A stretch of DNA of 64,000 bases from Octopus sinensis (lineage: Eukaryota): assembly GCF_006345805.1 (NCBI RefSeq), contig NC_043010.1, positions 34,348,001 to 34,412,000 of the forward strand, read 5' to 3'. A program made the translations under genes and the position numbers. The first letter of the stretch is position 1; every line of letters starts with the position of its first letter. A model generated the notes under the pieces. It was not told the origin of the DNA and ran no database searches. It worked only from the letters and a program-made list of their open reading frames with translations. Of the stretch, positions 52,021-64,000 are shown piece by piece.

Positions 52021-54252
52021 CTGAACAAAAACTGCATTTCAAAGGCTAGTGCCTTCCCCGTCAGGCTCAGAAAATACTTCAGTCTACAACTATTAACTTT
52101 CTTTAAAATTCAGGTGAGATCTGCAATAGAGGACTGTTTTTACATTTGGGATGTAGCAGCTATACACACAGTCATTGTAGACTGGACTGCATCTCTCAAA
52201 AGTCAGCCCTAACTGGTTGTTATGAAGTCACTCATGAAAAATTTCCTGCCTTGGGACCATAAGCATACTTCCTTCTCTTTCTGTCTACCATTATTACAGT
52301 AACCTTTGTTCCTTAGAACTAGCTACTCCCTTTTCATCCCCACTAAGGCAATCCTGACTAATTCATCTCTCCTAAACCCTGCGTTAACAAACTATGCTCA
52401 ATCCTCCAGAAAATTGGTTGCATAGAATTTCTTCCATGCTGATATTTTCCCTTGTCGCTGTAAATATCTGCTATGAGAAGTATTGTCCACTAAGCTGTAA
52501 ATAGGAACCATATAAAATAAGAGTTCATTTAGCTGTATCTGATCATTTTACCATTTTATAAAAAAAAAATCACTGGCTGATGTAGTACAGAATGTAGTTC
52601 CTAAAAAAAAGATGGCATGATTTAAATCCCATTTAATTAAATAAGTTAGATCATAAGGTCAGCTTGTTAAGGGCTGCTCTGAGGCTAAACATAAAAATCA
52701 TAATTTTAAGCCTTTTGCTATTGTCTTGGGTCAACCAAAGCATTGTGAGTGGATGTGTTTGACAAACTGAAAGAAGCCTGCTGTATTTGTATATATATAT
52801 ATATGTGTGTGTGTGCGTGTGTTTGTTTCTCTTAGTATTACGGTCTTATCTTTGTGAGTAGATGGTAGGGATTTTGCTGGACATCTTCACCTTAAGTTCA
52901 CTTTGATGGAAATTATAAATTGAGAAAACATCTTTTTTCTTAGATATATGGCAGTTGAGTGTCAAACAAAATACTTTATGGTAGAATCATCATCATCATC
53001 TTTTAACATCAGTTTTCCATGCTAGCATGGTTTGGACAGTTTGATAGGAGCTGGCAAGCCAGAGGACTGCACCAGGCTCCACTGTCTGTTTTGGCATGGT
53101 TTCTTCAGCTAGATGCCCTTCCTAATGTCAACCACTTTACAGTGTGTACTGAGTGCTTTTGATGTGATACCAGCACCAGTGCTATTTACATGGTACTAGC
53201 ACAGGTTCCTTTTATGTGGCATTGGTACGAGTGCTTATGTAGCGCCAGTACAGGTCTTTATCACAAGGCACTGGCATGGGTGCTTTTCGAGTGGCACTTG
53301 TACAGGTGCCAGGTAAATACCATAAGTTGTTCTCACAACTTATATCCTGTGTTGAAATCTCTCTGGTCAACTCTTCCTATCATCCTTCCAGAGTTGGTAA
53401 AATATAGTACCAGTCATGTATTAAGGATGATTTTAATTAATTAGGTGCAGGCATGGCTGTGTGGTTAAGAAGCTTGCTTCCCACTTAGTTTCTTCTATAG
53501 TATCAAGATGACCTAAGCCTTGTGAGTAGTCATTTAACAGAATTTGAAAGAAACCCATTGTATATATATGTGTGTTTCTCTTAGTCTTTGGCATTACATA
53601 ATAACTGTAAAACCCGTGTTGTTATAATACAAGCAGTGTCCTTCATTTTCAAACTACTATGGAAATGTCTGGCCAATGGGAAATATTACCTTGCTTGGAA
53701 ACAAGTGTAGGTTGGCAACAGGAATGGTATCTGGCAATAGAAAATCTGCTTGAACTAATTTCATCTCAAATCCACCTCATAAATTTTCGGCTGTATGCCT
53801 ATGTAAGAAATTATTATTACCTAAGCACTGTCTTATCATCAGAGAATTGGTCTTTGGATTCACCTGTGCTGCGTTTCTGGTTATAACTTAAGTTCCTTCT
53901 AAGCCATTGTTTAACTATAGTTATTGTGAACTATGTTTAGCCTTGTACCAGCCCTTATTGGTTCTAATTATATCCATGTCCTTTCTTTTTTAAAATGGTA
54001 GGAAAGTGAGTTGAAGGTGATTTGGCTATTATTTCTAGCAAACAAGTGACCTTTTAGAGACTTTCTCTTCAGCTCATTGAACCAAAATCAGTCTTTTCCT
54101 TCTTTTGTAATGCTGGAGTATGGAGACATTGAAAGTGAGATGTGTTAATTGTCATAACCAATTGCTTGATCAAATTTCTGTACTATATTCTAAAAGCAGA
54201 ACTATATTTATGATATATTTTTTATCATTATTCTTTCATTTCTTTGTTGTAG

Positions 54253-54307
54253 TTCTGCAGATATACTGCCCTGTTCAGTGGTATTTTGTATGGTCACTTC
54301 AGATACA
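54253..54307 (+). CDS. ATP5ME: ATP synthase subunit e, coding exon 2 (downstream exon not found in window)
   Basis: Long pyrimidine tract ending ttctttgttgtag and donor ACA|gtaagt. 55 nt: FCRYTALFSGILYGHFRY, matching human LGRYSALFLGVAYGATRY including the GxxxG transmembrane motif (G-I-L-Y-G). Confidence 0.92.
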
Positions 54308-55463
54308 GTAAGTAAATTTAATATTTTAAAGAAATCTTTCTTGTACACTGTCACCATTATTTCTTCCATCCAGCATAACCAACCAGTAATTGGGTGCATC
54401 TGTGTCTATAATGAGGATGATGTTTGTGCATTTGTTTTTATCTTGTGTTGTTTCTTGTATCTCAAACTATTGAGACAAGATAGTTTTAAATTTGTTATGA
54501 ATATATTGAATGATGGAAATATTAGTTCTGAATAAAATACCTTGCAATATTTAATTACAACTCTTAAGGCAGCAAATTGGCAGAACCTTTAGCATGCAAG
54601 GTAAAATGCTTAATGGCATTTCATCTGTCTTTACGTTCTACAAATTCTGCTGAGGTTGACTTTACCTTTCCTCCTTTTGGAGTTGATAAATAAGGGCCAG
54701 TTGGATATTGGGGTTGATGTAATCAACTAGTCCCCTCCACCGAAATTGCTGACCTTGTGCTAAGATTTGAAACCAGCATTTATTTACAGCCCTTTATTCT
54801 CCAAGCTCAAACCCAGCTGAGATCAGTTTTGCCTTTCATCCCTATGGAGTTGATAAAATTAAAGTAAATTTGGCAATATGCTGTGCTTGAGAAGAAGATC
54901 CATCAAGCCAAGAGTAACTGTAGTCGTGGCAGATACTGGTGTCACACAACTGGCACCCTTGCTGATGGCATATAAAAGCACCCATTACACTCTTGGAGTG
55001 GTTAGTGTTAAGAAGGGCATCCAGCCTTAGAAACCATGCCAAATCAGACTGGAATCTGGTGCAGCCTCTCAGCTTACCAGCCCTGTTCAAATTGTTCAAA
55101 CCCATGTCAGCATGGACAATGGACATTAAGTGATGATGATGAATTAAATACTATGATAGGTTCCTCTCGTTTTTAGAATCATTGTTCTCAGCCTGGTTAT
55201 TGTGTTTCAAATAAGAATGCCAGTCAGCCCTAAACCTGGGTGAAAAAAAGGAAGGTTGAGGTAGGATTAATGCTTCAGCATGGCCACAACTTATTGGCTG
55301 AAACCAGTAAAAGAGTATAAAAGAGCTAGAATGTGTCTTGTAAAAGTATCACACTACAGAATCCATCCAAAAAAACCATTACAATCCTGAGGCTGATATA
55401 GCTGGAATGGCTGTTTCAAGATATTGTGTAGCATGGGATGGACTAAGGAAGGACATATAATGA

Positions 55464-55802
55464 AAATTTTGAAATTACTTATGTGAAAAATATAATGTAT
55501 TTGAAATACATTTATGCTCATAGCAAAGGAAGATCTCCTAATAGTACAATCTCTGATAATGGTTTTAATAGTAAATAATACATCCAGATATTCATCTTAC
55601 ATATAGATATATTACACACTCCTATTATATCTACATGTAAGATGAATATCTGGATGTATTATTTACTGTTAAAACCATTATCAGAGATTGTACTATTAGT
55701 AGATCTTCCTTTGCTATGAGCATAAATGTATTTCAAATACATTATATTTACTTATTACTTATAAAATAACTTATATTTTTCACATAAGTAATTTCAAAAT
55801 TT
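55464..55802. repeat. Near-perfect long inverted repeat (foldback), 14-nt loop at 55612-55625
   Basis: An inner arm of ~120 bp has 3 mismatches by eye. An outer ~25 bp arm follows a short insertion on the right side. It lies in ATP5ME intron 2. Confidence 0.93.
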
Positions 55803-56503
55803 CTCCTGATTGGGGTCAAACGGAAAAGGTGTCTTAATGAAATTTAGCCCCTCCTTGATACTATCAAAAGAAATATTTCTTTGGACTGTGGTGGAAGGCC
55901 TTTTCTGATGAAAGAAGAGAAGTATGGTCAATTGAATTGTTCCTGGAACATTTTTTTTTCTTGAGATAAAGGGCTAAATTGATCTGGGATATGAACTTGG
56001 AATGTAGGGAAGTAAAATTACATTTTGTAAGACACAAACATCATCATTAAATGTCTAAGGAGCCATCTATGTGATTGACAGTTTGTGGATGAAAGCATAT
56101 TTAAAAGTTTAGCAGATGAAAAAAAAATTCTTTGGTATTGATAGACTCGTGTTCTCAGCTGCTGCAGTATTAAAGAATTGTCTATAATTATCTTATAACA
56201 TTAGGCAGATACGCATGTTGATAATATTCTTGCTTGTAGCAGAACAGTTTGCCTTTTATTATAAAATGTGGATGAAATGATTTTTGGTACAACAAATTTG
56301 GGAGTGTGAAATCTTTGATTAGATACCACTCATTGAAAATATAGACAACAGCACTGGCTAAATTGGTGCATATATAGCTGTGTGGTTGAAAAGTTTTTCA
56401 GTCACATTGTTCTGGATTCAATCCTATTATGTGACTTGTTGGGCAAGTGTCTTTAACCATAACCTTGGGTCAACTAAAATTTTGTGAGCAAAATTTTTGT
56501 CTA

Positions 56504-56727
56504 TAGTAGTCCCTCAACTGCTGCGGGTCTTATGTTCTAAAACCCCATGCGATAGGTGAAAAGCTGCAAAGTAGAAACAGTACTGTACTGTATATTTTAT
56601 TATTATTATTTTTATGATTTGTATATATTTATTTTATTATAAATGCAAAACAACACCACAGAGGAATTGACATAAACTTAAATAATAAACCATGATAGGT
56701 GAACCACGTTATGGCAAGGGATTACTG
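56504..56727. mobile_element. Tigger/pogo-like MITE inside a SINE-A copy
   Basis: TA|TAGTAGTCCCTC ... AAGGGATTACTG|TA, with an internal repeat of CCATG(C/A)...ATAGGTGAA. Confidence 0.7.
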
Positions 56728-59042
56728 TATGTATATTGACGACAGGATGGTAGGAGCGATTATATCCCTTTTTGCCTTGGTTAACATTTGAGTTCAAAAA
56801 TAATTATCAAAGTACTGGAGTTGTTATAATCAACTAAAACCTTTTAGGGTGGTGCCTTAGTACAGCTGCCATACAATGGCTGAAACCAGTAAAAGAATAA
56901 AAATATATGGTAAAAAGAAAACAAAACATAAGTTGAACAAATATTTTTTTTTCTCATGCAATATCACTTATATGTCATACAATTTACTGTTTGTATTGGT
57001 AAGAAAACCTTTTGTTGCTAATGCAGTTAACTTCTTTAAAGTTCTTCTATCCATTCTTTTCTATAACATTTACATTACAACCATCTGCATCACTCATTAT
57101 CACCTAGTTTGCAGAAAGTATAGATTTCATTTCAATGGTTCTACTCTTCTGAACTTCTCCAGTACTTTTATCACATCTGAAGTCCTGGTTCTCTTTTAGT
57201 TAGCTGGATATTTCACTACACCTTTTGTCTATTCATTTATTTACAATGAGTATGCAATAGTTCCTGCTTAATCTTTTCCTACACATCTTACTAGGTCAGT
57301 TACCAAATGTCATAATTTGGACATATTCTTCCTAATTAAAACAGATCTTGGTCATGTTGACTTAAGACCTTTCTTCTAGATTCAGAAATTTTTTTGACAC
57401 TTTTTCATAGATTATAGTATGACAGGCAGCAAGCTGGCAGAATTGTTAGCATGCCAGGCAAAATGCTTAGTGTTTATTTCATGCATCCTTAGGTTTTGAG
57501 TTCAACCTTGCCTTTCATCCTTTTTGGGTCAATAAAATAGGTCAATAAAATAGATGTAATTGACTTAGCTACTCCTAGGTAAGAGTATAAAAACTGCATC
57601 CCTCTGCAAAGCCATGTAGCTCAAACCAGTATGAACTCAAGCTCAGATTCATGGCTTCTACATCAAACCATGTTTGATGAAGGGAACATGCTGAGGCCAC
57701 CATCCTGCAGTGAACTGAACATAGCTTGAGTCACCATAATGAAAAATGATTTCTCAAGAACAATCACTCTTCAGTTCCTGTGTTACAGTATCATTAATTA
57801 TAATGAGAGGAGAGGACTGAAGACAACCATTGAGAATAGATAACTGTACACTAAATTTAATCACTCAAATTGTGACTAAACCTAATCATGCTTACAACAC
57901 CATTCATCTTTGTGGAATACAGTTAATTCTTTTGATACCAACCTGTCTGAGACCACTCTTGATCCTATGATATAAACTTCTAGTTTTAAAGGGATCTAAC
58001 TTAAAAACCTCCTGTCACAATTTTGTGTTCCAAACACCAACTTAATTATAGCAAAGTTTATTTTATTAAATTCTTCACCATCTTCATTTAATGTCCGTTT
58101 TCCATGCTGGCATAGGTTGGATGGTTTGATAAGAGCTGGCATGGTCAAGAGTAGCACCAGATTCCATTGTCTGTTTAGGCATGGTTTCTATGGCTGGATG
58201 TCCTTCCTAATGCCAACCACTTTATAGAATGTATTGGGTGCTTTTTATGTGGCACCAGCAGCAACAGGGTCATCAGGTACCTTGCACAACAAAAAAACCC
58301 CTCAACTTGGAGTGAGTATTGAGGTGGTGTGGCTTTGTGCCAGTTGAGAGATTTAACAAAGGCAGTGTATTTCAACAGAAATATGGTAACAAAAAGTTGA
58401 AGAACTTGTCCAAATCATTAAATGAAATCGAAATTTTTCGCCAAACATCTAGCATCTTCACTCAAATCTAAACCGCATCTTATTTAAACTTCTACAAACT
58501 GTTGCTATGATTTTCTCTTTCATTTCCTAAGCTTTGACCATCAATTCGAGACCTATAGTTGACTTGTTCATTAAAAGATGATTTATTTTTACTAGTTTGT
58601 TCTGAAGAAAGAGGTTATTTGCTCATTGTTCTGGGTATTTACTTGTTCTTTGTTTTAGCTAATGATCAAACTACTATACCTATTATTAGGAATATTAGAT
58701 TCCTGCACCAGCTGATTAACTAAATAAGCGACCAGTGTATTATCAAAAGTGATGTTTTTGACTTTTAGCAACCGACCCTGATAGACTGAGCAACTTTCCA
58801 TCTCATTTTATTCTAAAATAATCTTACTTGGGCAAGACATTTAATTGCAGCCAATGGTAAGGCTATAGCTTCTCTGCTCTCAGAAGTTTTGGGGAGTATG
58901 GAGTTACCCCTTAGTAACCGCTACTTGCAGGTTTGCTCTGGACTGAGGTGATAGTACCAGTCAAGAGCCTTAGTTATGAATCAGATAAATGGTTTTATAA
59001 CTGAAGCACACAGGACTCAGAGGAGGAGTGGGCCACCTTGAC

Positions 59043-59080
<38 letters not shown>

Positions 59081-59114
59081 CATACATACATAAATAAAGT
59101 GCATTTCATATTCG

Positions 59115-59192
59115 AGGCTCTGATGAAGTTATAGGATGTTATCCAGGTACTCAAGAATCCACTGCATTCTATAGCAGAAACAGCTGTAACCT
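59115..59192 (+). ncRNA. Second, different hammerhead-like motif inside a microsatellite-flanked retroelement tail
   Basis: AGGCU-CUGAUGA-A-GUUAUAG...CUAUAGC-A-GAAA-CAGCUGU-A-ACCU. 7-bp stem II, palindromic stem III ACAGCUGU and a GUA triplet. There is an extra A before GAAA and a one-base bulge in stem I. Confidence 0.5.
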
Positions 59193-60336
59193 AATGAAGT
59201 TCATTACATAACCTTTGTTTTTTCCAGTGTTATCTCTTTGTTCTTATTTACACACACACATATATGATCATACATGACCTCTTGCTGTATGTTCATTTAC
59301 TGATCCTTATCATGAAACTGACCATGCTGGAGTTCCACCATCTTCTAAAGTATAGTCGGTTACATCAACCCTGTCAGTGCTTATTTTATATTCAAGGTAT
59401 ACCTCAGTATACACCAGTATACTTCATGTACAAGATACTAACTTATTTTTTTAGTAAGCATATAGAAAGAATTATTTCTAACCCACTATAGGCACAGACT
59501 TGGCTGTGTAGTTAAGGAGTTTACTTTGCAGCTATTTGATTTCAGGTTCAGTCCTGCTGTATGTCACCTTGATTATGCATCTTCCATGGTCTCAGGTTGA
59601 CTAAAATGAAATTTGGTGGACAGATACTGTATGAAAGCTCATTGTGTGCATATAGACATGTATATATGCATGTCGTCTGTGTGTATATATGTGTATATAT
59701 ACATGTGTATGCATATATATATGTATCATCATTGTCATTTAATGTCATCATCATTGTCATTTAATGTCCGTTTTCCATGCTGGCATGGGTTGGATGGTTT
59801 GACTGGAAACTGACAAGCCAATCTGATCTGGCAATGTTGCTACAGCTGGATGTCCTTCCAAATGCCAACCACTCTGAGAGTGTAGTGGGTGCTTTTTATG
59901 TGCCACCAGCATGAGAGCCAGTCAGGCGACACTGGCATCAGCCATGTTCGGATGGTGCTTTTTAGATGCCACCAGCACAGAAGCCAGTCAGAGTGAGGGT
60001 GGGGGGTGGGGCTGGCATTGACCATGTTCGGATGGTGCTTTTTACATATCACCAGCACAAGAGCCAGTCAGGCGGCTCTGGCAGCGACCCAAGCATGAAT
60101 GAATGGTGCTTATTGCATGCCACCGGCATTGGTAACAGCCAATTTCCATTTGATTGTGATTTGGTTTGATTTTGATTTTACTTGACTCAATAGGTCTCCT
60201 CAAGCATGGAATGTTAATGTCGCCCAACGATTCAAAGGTACTTTTTAAATGGGCTGGTTATGCGACACTGGTGTAGGTTATGGCTGTGATCTCACTTTAC
60301 TTGCCAGGTCTTCTCAACCACAGCATATTTCAATCA

Positions 60337-60835
60337 TGTGTGCATGTGTATATATGTGTATATACGTGTGTATATGTATATATATATATATATGTATATA
60401 CGTGTGTATATGTGTATATATATATGTATATACGTGTGTATATGTGTATATATATATATGTATATACGTGTGTATATGTGTATATGGTGTATATGTGTGT
60501 AGTGTAAATATTATGTATATACGTGTGTATATGTGTGTATATATATATGTATATACGTGTGTATATGTGTGTATATATATATGTATATACGTGTGTATAT
60601 GTGTATATATGTATATGTATATACGTGTGTTGTATATGTGGTGTATATATATATGTATATACGTGTGTATATATATGGTGTGTATATATATATGTATATA
60701 CGTGTGTATATATGTGTGTATATATATATTATATACGTGTGTATATGTGTGTATATATATGTATATACGTGTGTATATGTGTATATATATGTATATACGT
60801 GTGTATATGTGTGTATATATTGTATATACGTGGTG

Positions 60836-60873
<38 letters not shown>

Positions 60874-62617
60874 CGTGTGTATATGTGTATATATATATGT
60901 ATATACGTGTGTATATGTGTATATATATATGTATATACGTGTGTATATGTGTATATATATATGTATATACGTGTGTATATGTGTATATATATATGTATAT
61001 ACGTGTGTATATGTGTGTATATATATATGTATATACGTGTGTAATGTGTGTATTATATATTATGTATATATATGTTACGTGTGTATATGGTGTATATATA
61101 TGTATATATATACGTGTGTATATAGTGTGTATATATATATGTATATAGTGTGTATATATGTATTGTGTATATATATATGTATATACGTGTGTATATGTGT
61201 GTATATATATGTATATACGTGTGTATATGTGTGTATATATATGTATATACGTGTGTATATGTGTGTATATATATGTATATACGTGTGTATATGTGTGTAT
61301 ATATATGTATATACGTGTGTATATGTGTGTATTATATGTATATACGTGTGTATATGTGTGTATATATATGTATATACGTGTGTATATGTGTGTATATATA
61401 TGTATATACGTGTGTATATGTGTGTATATATATGTATATACGTGTGTATATGTGTGTATATATATGTATATACGTGTGTATATGTGGTGTATATATATGT
61501 ATATACGTGTGTATATGTGTTGTATATATATGTATATACGTGTGTATATGTGTGTATATATATGTATATACGTGTTATGGTGTATATATATGTTATATAC
61601 GTGTGTATATGTGTGTATATATATGTATATACGTGTGTATATGTGTGTATATAGTATATACGTGTTGTATATGTGTGTATATATATTATATACGTGTGTA
61701 TATGTGTGTATATATATGTATATACGTGTGTATATGTGTGGTATATATATGTATATACGTGTGTATATGTGTGTATATATATGTATATACGTGTGTATAT
61801 GTGTGTATATATATGTATATACGTGTGTATATGTGTGTATATATATGTATATACGTGTGTATATGTGTGTATATATATGTATATACGTGTGTATATGTGT
61901 GTATATATATATGTATATACGTGTGTATATGTGTGTATATATATATGTATATACGTGTGTATATGTGTGTATATATATATGTATATACGTGTGTATATGT
62001 GTGTATATATATGTATATACGTGTGTATATGTGTGTATATATGTGTATATACGTGTGTATATGTGTGTGTATATGTGTATATACGTGTGTATACGTGTGT
62101 GTATATGTGTATATACGTGTGTATACGTGTGTGTATATGTGTATATATATATGTATATACGTGTGTATATGTGTATATATATATGTATATACGTGTGTAT
62201 ATGTGTATATATATATATGTATATACGTGTGTATATGTGTATATATATATGTATATACGTGTGTATACGTGTGTATATGTGTATATATATATGTATATAC
62301 GTGTGTATATATATATGTATATACGTGTGTATACGTGTGTATATGTGTATATATATATGTATATACGTGTGTATATATATATGTATATACGTGTGTATAC
62401 GTGTGTATATGTGTATATATATATGTATATACGTGTGTATATATATATGTATATACGTGTGTATATATATATGTATATACGTGTGTATATATATATGTAT
62501 ATACGTGTGTATATATATATGTATATACGTGTGTATATATATATGTATATACGTGTGTATATATATATGTATATACGTGTGTATATGTCTATACATGTGT
62601 GTATATGTGTATATATA
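60337..62617. repeat. Minisatellite, ~24-32 bp unit GTATATACGTGTGTATATGTGTGTATATATAT
   Basis: Direct reading: 32-bp period at 61179/61211/61243 and 24-bp period near 62521/62545. It produces the long Y/I/H/T and C/V/Y/M pseudo-ORFs. Confidence 0.97.
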
Positions 62618-64000
62618 CAGTTGCGGCCAAAATGTTCAGAACGGCATTGTTTTCGTCAGAAAAGTAGATATAATTTTTTATCAAAGTTGTTTTATATTCT
62701 ATAATTTTCAGAGACAATAAATGCGATATTAATTGTTATTGCCTGCGATTTTGGTGTAATTTGAGAGGATAATACAAAAGTTATGGATGATTTAGTGATT
62801 TACTGCCAAACCCATGGCGGCCAAAATGATCAGAACGGTTGCTTTTACTCCGTGTTTTAGTATATTTATCCGCCGAACTCTAATGTTTTGAATTTGTTTA
62901 CGTGACGGTTCGTTTACTAAACATTAGTAAGAATATTTGCAGTGTACTTTGTTAATATAATGCCACTTACTCCATTACCAATTCATCAGCAGATTATTAA
63001 GCTTCGAAGGAAGGATAATTTAAGTATTGGATCTATTGCAAAGATTGTTAACAAGTCAAAAAGTGTTGTACACGGTATTCTTAAGGCCTACGATGATTGT
63101 GGTTCGTGTGAAGCAAGAAAGTTTACAGGTAGGCCAAGAAAAACGACCAAGAGAGAAGATCGTGCTATAGTAAAGTTGGTTAAAAAGGACAGATTTAAAA
63201 CTGCTGCTGCTGTTTCTCGGAAAATGAGCATTGTATTGAAGAGAACTTTATCTCGAAAAACTGTGTCTCGTCGTTTAGTTGAACATGACCTACAAGCAAG
63301 AGCACCTGCAGTGAAGCCACTGATCAGCTCCAAGAATAAAAAGTGTCGTCTTACCTTTGCAACCAAACATGTGTTGTGGTCTCAAGAAAAATGGCAAACG
63401 GTGCATTTCAGTGATGAATCTAAGTTTATGCTATTTGGCTCAGATGGGAAAAGATTAGTAGGTGAAAAATTGTTGCCTAAATGCCTTAAGACTAGTGTTA
63501 AATTTGGTGGAGGAAGTGTCATGGTTTGGGGAATGATATCTGGAGATGGTGTGGGCCCTTTGGTGTGATTACATGGAAAGGTAAATGCAGGAGTTTATAA
63601 ACAACTTGTAAAAGATCATGTCTTGCCTGTGCTGAGAAATTCAACTAAGTGACCACCCATATTCATGCAGGACAATGCCCCATGCCACAAGGCTAAAGTG
63701 GTCATGAACTTCCTCAAGGCTGAAAAGGTTATTGTCATGGATTGGCCAGCTCAAAGCCCAGATCTCAATCCTATTGAAAATGTGTGGAATATTCTAGGAG
63801 AACGTTCGAAAGCCAGAAATCCTAAAACAACTGAGCAATTATGGAATGCCCTTCAGGAAGAATGGAATAAGATCACCCAGCAAGAAATTGAAAATTTAAT
63901 TTCCTCATGCAGTCGAAGATGTCAGAGTGTGATTGAAGCTAAAGGGCTTCACACTAAATATTAAATAATTCCAGTATTCTCTGTCATTTTTGATTATTTT
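62618..64000 (+). mobile_element. Tc1-family (DD34E) DNA transposon with IR/DR-type left end; right TIR outside window
   Basis: TA|CAGTTGCGGCCAAAATGTTCAGAACGG start. A 22-nt direct repeat GCGGCCAAAATG(T/A)TCAGAACGG occurs at 62623-62644 and 62817-62838. A transposase frame follows. Confidence 0.92.
62960..63964 (+). pseudogene. Tc1 transposase, one reading frame broken by two in-frame TGA stops
   Basis: ATG at 62960 (MPLTPLP...). It contains an HTH region, GRPRKTT, FSDESKF, GGGSVMVWG, QDNAPCH and WPAQSPDLNPIEN, with 34 residues between the second D and the E. Stops at 63566-63568 and 63650-63652 are in the same frame as both listed ORFs. Confidence 0.93.

Larger units (their letters stand above)
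50600..52480 (+). mobile_element. CR1/Jockey-clade LINE relic, interrupted by a SINE (51180-51484) and a MITE (51832-52020)
   Basis: Degenerate motifs in order: NPAKY..LALNLTISNVM (NYRPIAL-like), VAPDINK (ALDI.KAF-like), GVP, HSYTGDINF (YADD-like), RLRKYF...KIQVRSAIE. Confidence 0.7.

Noticed and set aside
54308-60300. Candidate acceptors for ATP5ME exon 3 (about 55176, 56239, 59227)
   Set aside because: None gives the expected Glu/Lys-rich helical continuation in phase 1. The exon is probably beyond the window.
60249-62720. Very long ORFs (299-760 aa) in the track
   Set aside because: They are translations of the TA/TG minisatellite, which lacks stops in several frames. The same applies to 10941-11287 and 21925-22748.

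Overview
AT-rich, repeat-dense animal genomic DNA. The SINE families and (TA/CA)n tracts point to a cephalopod, most likely Octopus (recognition from memory, not a database result). Two spliced genes are transcribed divergently, and the ORF track misses most of their exons. One is a GPAT3/4-type glycerol-3-phosphate acyltransferase on the minus strand: coding exons 1-4 at 43738-43887, 18261-18357, 15324-15463 and 609-651, continuing off the left edge. The other is ATP synthase subunit e (ATP5ME/ATP5I) on the plus strand: exons at 49243-49287 and 54253-54307, with the rest probably beyond the right edge. The remainder is mostly tRNA-derived SINEs, LINE relics, hAT/piggyBac/pogo-like MITEs, a mariner relic, a ~2.3 kb minisatellite and a DD34E Tc1 element with two in-frame stops. 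The most notable observations are: (1) minimal Penelope-type hammerhead ribozyme motifs, one of them in a short element with a tRNA-like head arranged as an inverted repeat in the divergent promoter region; (2) an ~11 kb CpG-retaining domain around that promoter, flanked by CpG-eroded gene bodies; and (3) several long intronic hairpins that are candidate dsRNA/ADAR substrates. Nearly all ORFs in the supplied track are microsatellite or repeat artefacts. Repeat boundaries were read by eye and are approximate unless TIRs or TSDs are quoted.
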